In this document: one piece after another, positions 1 to 7,665 of the stretch
How positions within the stretch are numbered: the stretch's first letter is position 1
Layout: the number at the start of each line of letters is the position of its first letter
Virus record (IMG/VR): IMGVR_UViG_2526164601_000033
Strand: one strand, 5' to 3'
Source of the DNA: a virus
Lineage: Duplodnaviria > Heunggongvirae > Uroviricota > Caudoviricetes
Length of the DNA stretch: 18,343 nucleotides
Program-made: the position numbers and the translations under genes
Notes under the pieces: model-generated
The model's database searches: none
What the model was told of the DNA's origin: nothing
The model's input: only the letters and a program-made list of their open reading frames with translations

Positions 1-1131
1 TCAAATGACCAGTTTTTTCCATTCCTTACCGCGTGCGTCGTTGTAAATATCGGTCATTTTTTGATTCGAATGGCCTAGCAAAATTTTGGTATCAACCCCC
101 TGCTCTCTGAACAATCGCTCTGATAAAGATCTCTGCTCATGGAAAGAGGGAGGGGTGCCATTAGCACGCCAGTTGTAATCCACAGAATCCCGGGCTTTTT
201 TAAATGCAACGGTTAATGTTGCTGGCTTAACCATCCCGCCTCGCTTAGCTGTCCCTTTCGCGTGATGGTGGTGCAATAGCCACGGACTAAGAACGCAATC
301 GCGGCAGGATGACACCACATCATCCAGGGTGAGATTTAATTTATCGCAACGCAGAGCCAGAGGGATGGCAATCCGGGTTCCTGTTTTTTGCTGTTCGACA
401 TGAAGATAACCATCCCGGATATCCGAAAATTGCATTTTGCAAATATCTGAAAGGCGCTGGCCTGTCATCAGTGCCAGCAGCATACCGCGCTGTAAAAAGT
501 AACCATCCTTTTCCGCTGCGTTATAAATCATCATCCACTCATCAAAAGTCAGTCGCTGTCTTGATATCCGCACCTGCGGTTTTTTTGCCGATTCTGCAGG
601 GTTAAAGCCTGGCGGGACATCGCCCGTTTGCTGAGCTTCCCGGAAAACATCGATCAGTACTTTCCTGAAAATTTGTCCCATTCTGTTATGTCCTCTGGCC
701 TTGTACTCTTCCAGTACTGATACCACATCTTTTACGGTTATGGCATCTAACGGTCTGGTGCCAAAACGTTCATCAAATACCCTGAGAGGGGCCGCTTTCT
801 GTTTCAGCGTGTTGAGTTTGATCTCGCCGTTTTCATATCTTTCCTGTTGAATTTTTCTGTAATTATTCAGAAAAATGGTAACGGTTGATGAACCGCCGGT
901 ATCACTAATAATTTTCTCCTGCAGACTGAGCATTTGTTCCATTTGCTGCCGGGCAAGACGGCTGTTCGCTTCTGCTGCAATAGTTTCTGCCAGTTTCTGG
1001 TCAATACTGCCGAGACCGTGATTTTTGCCTGTTATGGGATGCCTGTAACGCCAGTAAACTTTGTTATTTCTTTTGTCAAAATACGGAGATAATCCCGGAA
1101 CATCGGTTTTATATTTTCGCGGGCGCGCCAT
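1..1131 (-). CDS. int: Tyrosine recombinase, lambda-family phage integrase
   Basis: 376-aa ORF. The overall layout and the C-terminal block ILLGHSNQKMTDIYNDARGKEW closely parallel lambda Int (HLLGHKSDTMASQYRDDRGREW, catalytic Tyr) as recalled. It is the terminal gene of the leftward arm and its start overlaps an excisionase-like gene. Confidence 0.9.
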   Translation of the reverse strand: MARPRKYKTDVPGLSPYFDKRNNKVYWRYRHPITGKNHGLGSIDQKLAETIAAEANSRLARQQMEQMLSLQEKIISDTGGSSTVTIFLNNYRKIQQERYENGEIKLNTLKQKAAPLRVFDERFGTRPLDAITVKDVVSVLEEYKARGHNRMGQIFRKVLIDVFREAQQTGDVPPGFNPAESAKKPQVRISRQRLTFDEWMMIYNAAEKDGYFLQRGMLLALMTGQRLSDICKMQFSDIRDGYLHVEQQKTGTRIAIPLALRCDKLNLTLDDVVSSCRDCVLSPWLLHHHHAKGTAKRGGMVKPATLTVAFKKARDSVDYNWRANGTPPSFHEQRSLSERLFREQGVDTKILLGHSNQKMTDIYNDARGKEWKKLVI

Positions 1132-1357
1132 CTTCCAGTATCCTCTTCAAAGCAGGGTGATCTGTGGCGATCACCTCCGGCTTGTTTACCATTCCGACAA
1201 AGCGAGCTTGCGGATCCACTCGCCAGCGTCTTCCAACTTTTTTGGGGAGAGGAAATATCATTCCGGCTTTAGCGTATTTACTTAACGTACTCGGAGTTGG
1301 GACCGGTTCACTGAATTCCTCTTTTGCCCACTCAGTGAGCAGAATAAGTCTTGCCAT
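1109..1357 (-). CDS. xis: Excisionase-like recombination directionality factor (small basic protein)
   Basis: 82-aa ORF immediately upstream of int on the same strand, with a 23-bp overlap of the int start (xis-int overlap as in lambda). The call rests on position and size; no sequence match to lambda Xis is claimed. Confidence 0.55.
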   Translation of the reverse strand: MARLILLTEWAKEEFSEPVPTPSTLSKYAKAGMIFPLPKKVGRRWRVDPQARFVGMVNKPEVIATDHPALKRILEDGAPAKI

Positions 1358-1421
1358 GAGCGTCGTTCGCTAATCATGGTCGCCGCCACTATAGCTGGTG
1401 GGCAACGACCGGGGTTGAACA

Positions 1422-3893
1422 TTAAAAATCAGCCTGATTCGGGATCAGTTTTTGCCAGATAACTGAAACGTATTTTGCCTGGTAACGGGCGTCATCAAGT
1501 GCATTATGGCGCTCACCTTCGAATGGAATAGCCGTTCTGGCATCGAAGTCTATGGCTTTCCCCAGCTCAACGATTGTGCGTACATCGCGATCGTTGTAGT
1601 AACGCCACGGGCAGGGGATCCCCTGCCGTTCGTATGAACGGCGCAAAATCGTGTTGTCGAAGTTGGCTCCATTTCCCCAGACCTGAACAAAAAATTCACC
1701 GGAGTTTTCGTCGATAAATTCCCGCAATTGTAACAGTGCATCATCTAACGGGATTTCATCGGTCATAATGGCAGATTGCGCTTCGCGTGATTGCTTAAGC
1801 CACCATTTAATGGTGTCCCGATCAATGACCCCGCCAGCAGTTTCCAGATCGATAGTCTTACTAAATTCCGGCCCCATATCTCCGGTTTGCGGATCGAAAA
1901 ATATTGCACCTATTGAGATGATCGGGGCATCAGGATTTTTTCCCATGGTTTCAAGGTCGATCATTAGATGGTCACACGTCCTGCTGGTGGATGTGATTTC
2001 TTGATGACCGTTCACCTTAATTGAGTGATCTGCCGTCTCGCCAGTTTCATTATCGCTATCGTGATGCTGATTGCCGTCAGTGTTCTCCTTGTGTGGATGT
2101 TCAGCGCCTTCCATTTCCTCCGGATCATCTTCCTGAACTTCAACCTGATACTCTTCATCGAATGTTTCCTGGTATGTTGCGTCGCCCATCACCGCGCCAC
2201 AATCAGGGCAGTTGCCGCCGCCGGTCTGACCGCAGGCGGTGCAGACTTTTTCCGGTTCCTGTTGCGCTACTGGCTCAGGTTGTTTCGTTTCTGGCTCGTT
2301 TTGTTGCGTATTTGGGCTGTTTTGTTCCGCTTTCTGGTCGTTCTGTTCCGATTCTTGCTGGTTCTGGTTTACAGAATCGCGGGTTTCAATCCCCTTTACC
2401 CATTTCGGATCATTCGGGTCGCTAATCCCTGCAACAAATTCTCCGCGAGAGGCAGCAAGCAACTTATCGGCGTCAGGCTGGCTGATATTGGCTGCCTGCA
2501 TAATTTTGTTTACTTCGTCAGCGGTAACTTTTACCGGCTCTGGTTGTGCGGTCGTGTCAGATGCACCAGTATTTTGTTGTGAACCTGAGTACGTGCCGTT
2601 TTTACGTGCGAAGTATTCCTCTTTTGTGATTTCCGTAGCTCCCAAGGCTAGTGCTTTTTCCAGACCAGAAAGTTTGTTTGCGCGACCGTATTTTTCGCCA
2701 TCCTTGTCGGTGAAGAGGAAGTAGAACGGCCCCTCACGCTCTACAGATGGTTCGACTTCCACTTTGCATTCGGTTTTTTCGTTGCCCGGAATTGCCGTTT
2801 CCACTGCATCAGTTTCTGGTACTGGCGACGAGAGAGTATCAGTTGCGCTCTGATTTCTTCCTTCATCTTCAAACACGCCCTTTGTAGTCAGGTATTCAGT
2901 AATGTATTTGTTCAGTGCCACAGGGTCTTTGTGAATGTCGATCGGACGTTCACGGACAAGGCCAAAAATAGTCTGGCGGTCGTAGCGAAGGGCATCAGGC
3001 TGTTTGCGCATTGATGCCGAGATACGCTTCCAGTCTTCGCGGTCGTTGTCGATAACTTCATTTTTTGCCCAGCGATGGATGCTGCCGTCAATGTTTCCGG
3101 CATCCACATCACCAGGCCAGAGAGCGTAGGCCAGTTCTTCATCCAGCGTTTTCCATGTCTGCTTGTATTCGCGACAAATGGCGGCAGTGACTGGGTTGAT
3201 TTTTCCTGCTGAGTTTTCAGTGTTCTGTTGATTGACTCTGGCGCTGGCGAGATCAACAACAGACGTGTATTTTCCAGTCTCTTTGCGCTCTGCGTCCTGC
3301 CGTTTTTTCCAGTTACGTAATTCAGCCTGAATTTTGGGCCATTTGGCACCCGGATTACATTTGTGTTTAACCCATCCGATAGCGAACAGTTTGCGTTCCG
3401 GATACATAGCGTTAATTTCAGGCGTTTTCATCAGTGCTTCAACGATATGCCCGTCAAAGGTAGCAACGTCTTCCTGCAGTAATTCCTGCGCGTCAATCGC
3501 CATATCAACGGTGATGTTTTCACATGTACCGAACTTAACCAGGACCGCGTTCTGTACTTCAAGGGACAGCTTGTCAAAATTGACGTTCATCGGATCGGAT
3601 TCTGGTTCGACCGGAATAAAGGAAGCGGATTCCTCATCCCAGCGGTTTTCCTGCATATATTCAGCATCCCAGGAATCGAGGGCAGGGCGGGGTATACCGG
3701 GTTTATCCTCGCAGACAAGAAATTTATAAGCGCAGTCCTGAGCAGCCGGATAATGTTCCAGGAATTGCCAGTGAAATTTTGCGCGGGCGCGACGTTCATC
3801 ACCGGCTTCAATGGCAGTGGCTACAGCGACGGCACCTTCTTCCTTTATTGCCTGTTCGTCCGGAATGGCGGCGCAAATAAAGACTTTACTCAT
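1422..3893 (-). CDS. Large phage exonuclease-domain protein (C-terminal DnaQ-like DEDDh 3'-5' exonuclease, central zinc ribbon, low-complexity linker)
   Basis: 823-aa ORF. The C-terminal region carries DLET (Exo I-like), WGNGANFD (Exo II-like) and HNALDDA (Exo III-like) motifs. A CTACG...CPDCG zinc-ribbon-like motif and a Q/N/E/P-rich linker lie upstream of it. GAGG lies about 11 nt before the ATG. Confidence 0.75.
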   Translation of the reverse strand: MSKVFICAAIPDEQAIKEEGAVAVATAIEAGDERRARAKFHWQFLEHYPAAQDCAYKFLVCEDKPGIPRPALDSWDAEYMQENRWDEESASFIPVEPESDPMNVNFDKLSLEVQNAVLVKFGTCENITVDMAIDAQELLQEDVATFDGHIVEALMKTPEINAMYPERKLFAIGWVKHKCNPGAKWPKIQAELRNWKKRQDAERKETGKYTSVVDLASARVNQQNTENSAGKINPVTAAICREYKQTWKTLDEELAYALWPGDVDAGNIDGSIHRWAKNEVIDNDREDWKRISASMRKQPDALRYDRQTIFGLVRERPIDIHKDPVALNKYITEYLTTKGVFEDEGRNQSATDTLSSPVPETDAVETAIPGNEKTECKVEVEPSVEREGPFYFLFTDKDGEKYGRANKLSGLEKALALGATEITKEEYFARKNGTYSGSQQNTGASDTTAQPEPVKVTADEVNKIMQAANISQPDADKLLAASRGEFVAGISDPNDPKWVKGIETRDSVNQNQQESEQNDQKAEQNSPNTQQNEPETKQPEPVAQQEPEKVCTACGQTGGGNCPDCGAVMGDATYQETFDEEYQVEVQEDDPEEMEGAEHPHKENTDGNQHHDSDNETGETADHSIKVNGHQEITSTSRTCDHLMIDLETMGKNPDAPIISIGAIFFDPQTGDMGPEFSKTIDLETAGGVIDRDTIKWWLKQSREAQSAIMTDEIPLDDALLQLREFIDENSGEFFVQVWGNGANFDNTILRRSYERQGIPCPWRYYNDRDVRTIVELGKAIDFDARTAIPFEGERHNALDDARYQAKYVSVIWQKLIPNQADF

Positions 3894-3988
3894 TTTGTTT
3901 TAACCTCATTACAGATTTCAGGGTGAACGAATCCCTGCCATTGCTGGCATTTTTAATCCGTTGGTATGGCGTTAATATGGCTGGCGGG

Positions 3989-4177
3989 TTATCCAGCCGG
4001 TATTTCGTTATTCAGGTTCAGCGATACTTTTTTTAACGGGAGGCATTCACCGGGGATTTTTTGTTCGTCCCTTACCTGAATGCAGGATGACTTACTGTCA
4101 TAAATTCCGGTAATCACATTTTGTGGCTCACCCGTTATAAGAAAAACGGTCATCACCAGTGCAAATGCTGAAGTCAC
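3989..4177 (-). CDS. ydfD: YdfD-like small membrane (lysis-type) protein
   Basis: 62-aa ORF with GTG start overlapping the dicB-like stop (GTGA) and GGAG about 9 nt upstream. N-terminal hydrophobic segment SAFALVMTVFLITGEP and C-terminal EQKIPGxC...NEIPAG resemble E. coli YdfD as recalled. It is immediately downstream of dicB, as in Qin. Confidence 0.6.
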   Translation of the reverse strand: MTSAFALVMTVFLITGEPQNVITGIYDSKSSCIQVRDEQKIPGECLPLKKVSLNLNNEIPAG

Positions 4178-4362
4178 TGCTGTTCTCCGATAATACCAAG
4201 TTCAAGAAGGGCAATTCTGGAAAGTATGGAATTATCATTGAGAAGATAAGGTTCATATTTTCTCATCTTAATGGCATCTTCCGTAAACTCCCGGTTACTG
4301 AGCAGAACACCAATATCAAAACAACCTTCAGACGTATTAACGTTTGGTAATAACGTTTCCAT
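4174..4362 (-). CDS. dicB: DicB-like cell-division inhibitor
   Basis: 62 aa from the ATG at 4362 (GAGGA about 9 nt upstream): METLLPNVNTSEGCFDIGV...FTEDAI matches the DicB N-terminus (MKTLLPNVNTSEGCFEIGV...) as recalled. The ORF track extends the frame to a GTG at 4467, probably not the true start. The gene is AT-rich. Confidence 0.7.
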   Translation of the reverse strand: METLLPNVNTSEGCFDIGVLLSNREFTEDAIKMRKYEPYLLNDNSILSRIALLELGIIGEQQ

Positions 4363-4531
4363 TATCGCGTCCTCAACAATGAATTTTGTGATGCGGTGCC
4401 TGGTGCCTCCAGGTGACGTTAACCAGTTAACAATTAACGCCGGATACAGAGAATCCACCCATAACACTGTTTTTGGTTTTAACTGTTCCGCGTGCGCTCA
4501 GCCGCATTCACCACATCACAAAATTCACTTT

Positions 4532-4589
4532 AAAAAGGGCGGCAGAGCAGTCACGGAGTAAAACTGATACCGCCAAACGTCACCAGAAA
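4532..4589 (-). ncRNA. dicF: DicF small regulatory RNA with its 3' terminator
   Basis: The reverse complement of 4532-4589 reads TTTCTGGTGACGTTTGGCGGTATCAGTTTTACTCCGTGACTGCTCTGCCGCCCTTTTT, which matches E. coli DicF as recalled, including the GGCGG/CCGCC terminator stem and U-run. It lies about 170 nt upstream of dicB on the same strand, as in Qin. Confidence 0.8.
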
Positions 4590-4922
4590 ATTGATAACAG
4601 AGGGCGTTGCAGCGGGGTTGTCACTTAAGCGTATGGTCAACCTGACAACCCGGTGTCCTCAACGGGGAAGGAATAACCCCTCCATACTTACCGCCGCGCC
4701 ATTTCGCGGATTGCCACAACCGGAAGCGCACGGTCGACGAAAATTTAACGACAGGCTATCTATGAACCAGCTACCTCGCCGTGCGCTTTCGCGTTATGGT
4801 CTGACTTTTCAGAGAAATATCCTTTCAGTAAACTGTCAGTGCCGGATGTTCACCCGTGTCCGGCGCACGCACTCCACTTCACCCGTGGAGAACTCCTTAA
4901 TTACCAACCCTCAGGAGGGTGA

Positions 4923-5156
4923 ATGTTAAAATCAACTCTTATTGCTAAATGCCTTTATCAAAATCGCATGGTAAGCAGCATTTCAATAGGCGAGTCTGCA
5001 GTTAAAAGTATTTTCGAAGAGTACTTTCCCGGGCATGATTTTAATAAATGGAATACCAAATTACCGCCAGCAGTTTCAACGCGTATTCTGAAAGCAACCG
5101 AAAGAGCAAGTACAATTCGCGTTAACTATTTCATTAAAGATTTGTGGGATCTTTGA
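4923..5156 (+). CDS. Hypothetical 77-aa protein on the strand opposite to the surrounding operon
   Basis: ATG preceded by a strong SD (AGGAGGGTGA-ATG). The ORF is AT-rich and its 3' end overlaps the 3' end of the convergent 135-aa gene by 23 bp. No recognisable family. Confidence 0.5.
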   Translation: MLKSTLIAKCLYQNRMVSSISIGESAVKSIFEEYFPGHDFNKWNTKLPPAVSTRILKATERASTIRVNYFIKDLWDL

Positions 5157-5541
5157 TATCCACAGAGCCTAAAGTATGTGCATATGGATGTGCTATTATG
5201 CGCCCTCGCAGATTTGCATCATTTTCTAAATTCACTGAACGAAACAGGGCATCAACAAGGCTCTGTACAATGCAAAGGCAATCGAAGACTGTCGCCGTTT
5301 CTGTTTTGATTGATGAAAGAACATGGCCATTCACGCAAACAGAAATTACCCGTTTATTAACATCGCTTTCCTGCTTTTGATTATCAGAACCATATAGCCC
5401 AGAAAAAGCATTGCGCACATTACGAACCATATTATCGATGGTTTCTTTTTCTGCGGTACTAAGGTCAAGAGTAGCCAGTTGTGAACGAACTATATTCGAT
5501 GCCATTTCCTGTAATGGCGTTGGTAAATCTTTAAATTCCAT
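5134..5541 (-). CDS. Hypothetical 135-aa protein with C-proximal R-x5-H-x-Y motif (possible HEPN-like fold)
   Basis: ORF with GAGG about 8 nt upstream of the ATG, AT-rich. Motif LRGRIIAHPY lies near the C-terminus. The gene is co-directional with and 22 bp downstream of the 72-aa gene. Confidence 0.55.
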   Translation of the reverse strand: MEFKDLPTPLQEMASNIVRSQLATLDLSTAEKETIDNMVRNVRNAFSGLYGSDNQKQESDVNKRVISVCVNGHVLSSIKTETATVFDCLCIVQSLVDALFRSVNLENDANLRGRIIAHPYAHTLGSVDIKDPTNL

Positions 5542-5563
5542 TATTAGCCTCGTTGGTTAGCTA

Positions 5564-5782
5564 TTAACGTGGGTATGTAATCATTCTGGCAATGCTTAAT
5601 GCCGCTGCTTTTTCCAGATTGGTGATATCCTGCTCCAGAGCGGACAGATTTTCAGCCTGCTTAGCCCTGGCTTCATTGGCCCATTTCAGGTCCTGCACCG
5701 CCTTAATTTTCTGGTGCATCCACTCATAAAGTTCATCATCGGTATAGTCTGGCGCGATGATGACGGGGTCTCGTTTCTGCAT
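5564..5782 (-). CDS. Hypothetical 72-aa protein (positional equivalent of ydfC in Qin)
   Basis: ATG with a strong SD (AAGGAG, 6 nt spacing). Same size and relative position as ydfC in the Qin dicB operon; sequence identity to YdfC not verified. Confidence 0.55.
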   Translation of the reverse strand: MQKRDPVIIAPDYTDDELYEWMHQKIKAVQDLKWANEARAKQAENLSALEQDITNLEKAAALSIARMITYPR

Positions 5783-5854
5783 GTCGGCTCCTTGTGGTTA
5801 GCGTTGCCTGCTTTTTAACCACGTCAGGCGAGGTGGTATCCTCTGAGGGGTCTG

Positions 5855-6211
5855 TTACTCGAGAGGAAATTGGTTATGAATACAATCAAGTTTTCTTGCC
5901 CAGAATGTGGTGGCTAAGTCTTTGACACATCCTTTAAGCCGCAGGGCTCTGACAGTTTCGCGGGAGCCATCTGCAAAAATTGTGGTCACCTTGTAACTGA
6001 AGATGAGTCCTCGCAGTTCGATGACGAAATCGTTGACAATATCTTCGGTGCACTCACCAGAGACTTTCTGAAGTAAAGGCGCATACCGCTTAGTTACCGC
6101 TCTGATAACTCTTACCTGTCCGGCAATGGCGCTGATATCAATATAAAGCGCCATCGCTGTTTCTTTGCTGATCCCTGGACGCCTTCCATTCTGATGTTTG
6201 ACTTCGCCCAC
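5855..6211 (-). CDS. Hypothetical 118-aa protein, first gene downstream of the OL-like region
   Basis: ORF with GTG start preceded by AGAGGA 8-13 nt upstream; an internal ATG (residue 20) is an alternative start. No recognisable motif. Confidence 0.4.
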   Translation of the reverse strand: MGEVKHQNGRRPGISKETAMALYIDISAIAGQVRVIRAVTKRYAPLLQKVSGECTEDIVNDFVIELRGLIFSYKVTTIFADGSRETVRALRLKGCVKDLATTFWARKLDCIHNQFPLE

Positions 6212-6289
6212 TGAGAAATCCTCTGCTTCCCCTTAACGCCGGGTAGCGGAACTGTTTGCTGAGAACACCGTGCGGTGTCTTGATGAGTA

Positions 6290-6345
6290 GAATTTAGAAT
6301 AGCCTAAGAGTTATGGTCAAGCTTTTTGTGTAGAAAAACCTAAGC
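6290..6345. promoter_or_regulatory. OL-like operator/promoter cluster downstream of the repressor gene
   Basis: TTAGAATAGCCTAA at 6294-6307 and, on the minus strand, TTAGGTTTTTCTAC (plus 6330-6343) share the TTAG-N6-CTAA/C pattern of the repressor-proximal operators; the second is one mismatch from the OR site TTAGGTTTCTCTAC. A leftward -35-like TTGACC (plus 6315-6320) sits between them. Confidence 0.4.
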
Positions 6346-6418
6346 TTCTTGATGTAAAAAACACAAGTATTTGAAAGTTTGTGCTTTTTATTACAGAGAG
6401 TTGCGAAAAAAAGGGGGG

Positions 6419-6826
6419 TTATTTATTTGCGCTTCTTTTGCGAGCTTTGAGTAGTTCTTCAAAAAGTTTGTTGAAATTCTCAACTCGAGCACGCATCTCT
6501 GACAACAGAGCCTTTTGCTCTGACTCAGGCAGTGCGTCGAACAGTTGAAGCAACTCTTTTTGATCTTCTGTCAGATTGACTGGCTGATTATCTGGGATCG
6601 GTTCGCCTGGTTGCTTATCTTCATCTCCAAAAAGAAGCCAAGTCGGCGAGCACTGAAGCGCCTGGCTCAGTGCGAATAATCTCTTCCCCGCTGGCTGTGT
6701 TTCATCTCTTTCCCATTGAGAAATTGTTACGTGAGCCACTTTGACCAGCTTACCTAATGCGGCCTGAGACAGTTTTAATTTTTTTCGCCTGTATAAGAGG
6801 CGAGCACCGAAGGTTTCGTTTTTCAT
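6419..6826 (-). CDS. dicA: DicA-like HTH (XRE/CI-type) prophage repressor
   Basis: 135-aa ORF. The HTH segment SQAALGKLVKVAHVTISQWE and the blocks QCSPTWLLFGDEDKQP, LFDALPESEQ and EMRARVENFNKLFEELLKAR match E. coli DicA as recalled. It is divergent from a Cro-like gene across an operator-bearing intergenic region. Confidence 0.85.
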   Translation of the reverse strand: MKNETFGARLLYRRKKLKLSQAALGKLVKVAHVTISQWERDETQPAGKRLFALSQALQCSPTWLLFGDEDKQPGEPIPDNQPVNLTEDQKELLQLFDALPESEQKALLSEMRARVENFNKLFEELLKARKRSANK

Positions 6827-6827
6827 A

Positions 6828-6892
6828 TTAGGTAATTCTAATTTTTCTTGACTTAGGTTTCTCTACGATCTAGTTTCCTTAGGAAAATCTAA
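6828..6892. promoter_or_regulatory. OR-like operator region: three TTAG-N6-CTAA/C inverted repeats between divergent repressor and cro-like genes
   Basis: Sites TTAGGTAATTCTAA (6828-6841), TTAGGTTTCTCTAC (6853-6866) and TTAGGAAAATCTAA (6879-6892), spaced about 25-26 bp centre to centre. Rightward -35-like TTGACT at 6848-6853. Leftward -10-like TAGAAT (plus 6835-6840) ends 8 nt before the repressor ATG, suggesting a leaderless or near-leaderless repressor mRNA. Confidence 0.5.
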
Positions 6893-6902
6893 GGGGTTCG
6901 AT

Positions 6903-7130
6903 ATGTTGAAAATTGATGCTATAGCGTTTTTTGGCAGCAAAACAAAGCTTGCCAATGTCGCAGGAGTTAGGCTGGCAAGCGTTGCTGCATGGGGGGAACT
7001 GGTTCCTGAAGGTCGCGCGATGCGCCTGCAAGAGGCATCCGGCGGGGAACTTCAGTACGACCCCAAAGTTTATGACGAATATCGTAAGGCAAAGCGGGCG
7101 GGGCGGTTGAACAATGAAAATCACCACTGA
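6903..7130 (+). CDS. dicC: Cro-like HTH regulator (DicC/YdaS family)
   Basis: 75-aa ORF with AAGGGG about 8 nt upstream. Divergent partner of the DicA-like gene; block GRAMRLQEASGGELQYDPKVYDEYRK resembles DicC as recalled (less certain than the DicA recall). Confidence 0.75.
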   Translation: MLKIDAIAFFGSKTKLANVAGVRLASVAAWGELVPEGRAMRLQEASGGELQYDPKVYDEYRKAKRAGRLNNENHH

Positions 7131-7665
7131 ACAGGTTTGTGAGGCTCTGGATACCTGGGTATGCCGACCAGGAATGACACAGGAGCAGGCGACGATATTA
7201 ATCACGGAAGCATTCTGGGCTCTGAAAGAACGCCCGAACATCGATGTTCAACGCGTCACGTTTAATGATGGCGAGGTTGATCAACGGGCGCTGGGCGTTA
7301 ACCGGGTGAAGATATTCGAACGCTGGAAAGCTATCGACACCAGAGATAAGCGTGACAAATTCACGGCGCTGATTCCGGCAATTATGGAGGCTATCCGGAT
7401 CAGCGATTTCAGATTGTATTGTGAAATTACTGACGGAAAAAGCATTACGTACATGATCGCCGGGTTAAACAAAGAATATGGCGATGTGGTGGAGTCCGGG
7501 CTGCTTTTTGCGGATCCAGTTGTTGTGGAACGTGAGACTGACGAGCTTATAGAAAAAGCTATTGCTTTCAAGCACGCGTATCGTCAGCAATACCAATATT
7601 ACTTTGCAGATAAACAAATGTCTGCCAGGGGTTCGTATGAGTATCGATGCACTACGATGGGCTAA
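7114..7665 (+). CDS. YdaT-like (CII-position) protein
   Basis: 183-aa ORF overlapping the cro-like stop, at the position occupied by ydaT/cII-type genes in Rac-like prophages. The family assignment is by synteny and loose recollection only. Confidence 0.45.
   Translation: MKITTEQVCEALDTWVCRPGMTQEQATILITEAFWALKERPNIDVQRVTFNDGEVDQRALGVNRVKIFERWKAIDTRDKRDKFTALIPAIMEAIRISDFRLYCEITDGKSITYMIAGLNKEYGDVVESGLLFADPVVVERETDELIEKAIAFKHAYRQQYQYYFADKQMSARGSYEYRCTTMG

Noticed and set aside
2021-2724. Three overlapping plus-strand ORFs (134, 185 and 161 aa) inside the exonuclease gene
   Set aside because: They are antisense to a well-supported 823-aa gene, have Cys/Phe/Leu-rich low-complexity translations typical of the reverse strand of a repeat region, and no SD.
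4174-4467. Extended 97-aa form of the dicB-like ORF starting at the GTG at 4467
   Set aside because: The internal ATG at 4362 has a good SD and gives a 62-aa product the same length as DicB. The extension would also run through the region downstream of the DicF terminator.
4591-4929. 112-aa plus-strand ORF upstream of the 77-aa gene
   Set aside because: No SD, Arg/Pro/Ser-rich translation, and it lies in the GC-rich structured segment. More likely non-coding.
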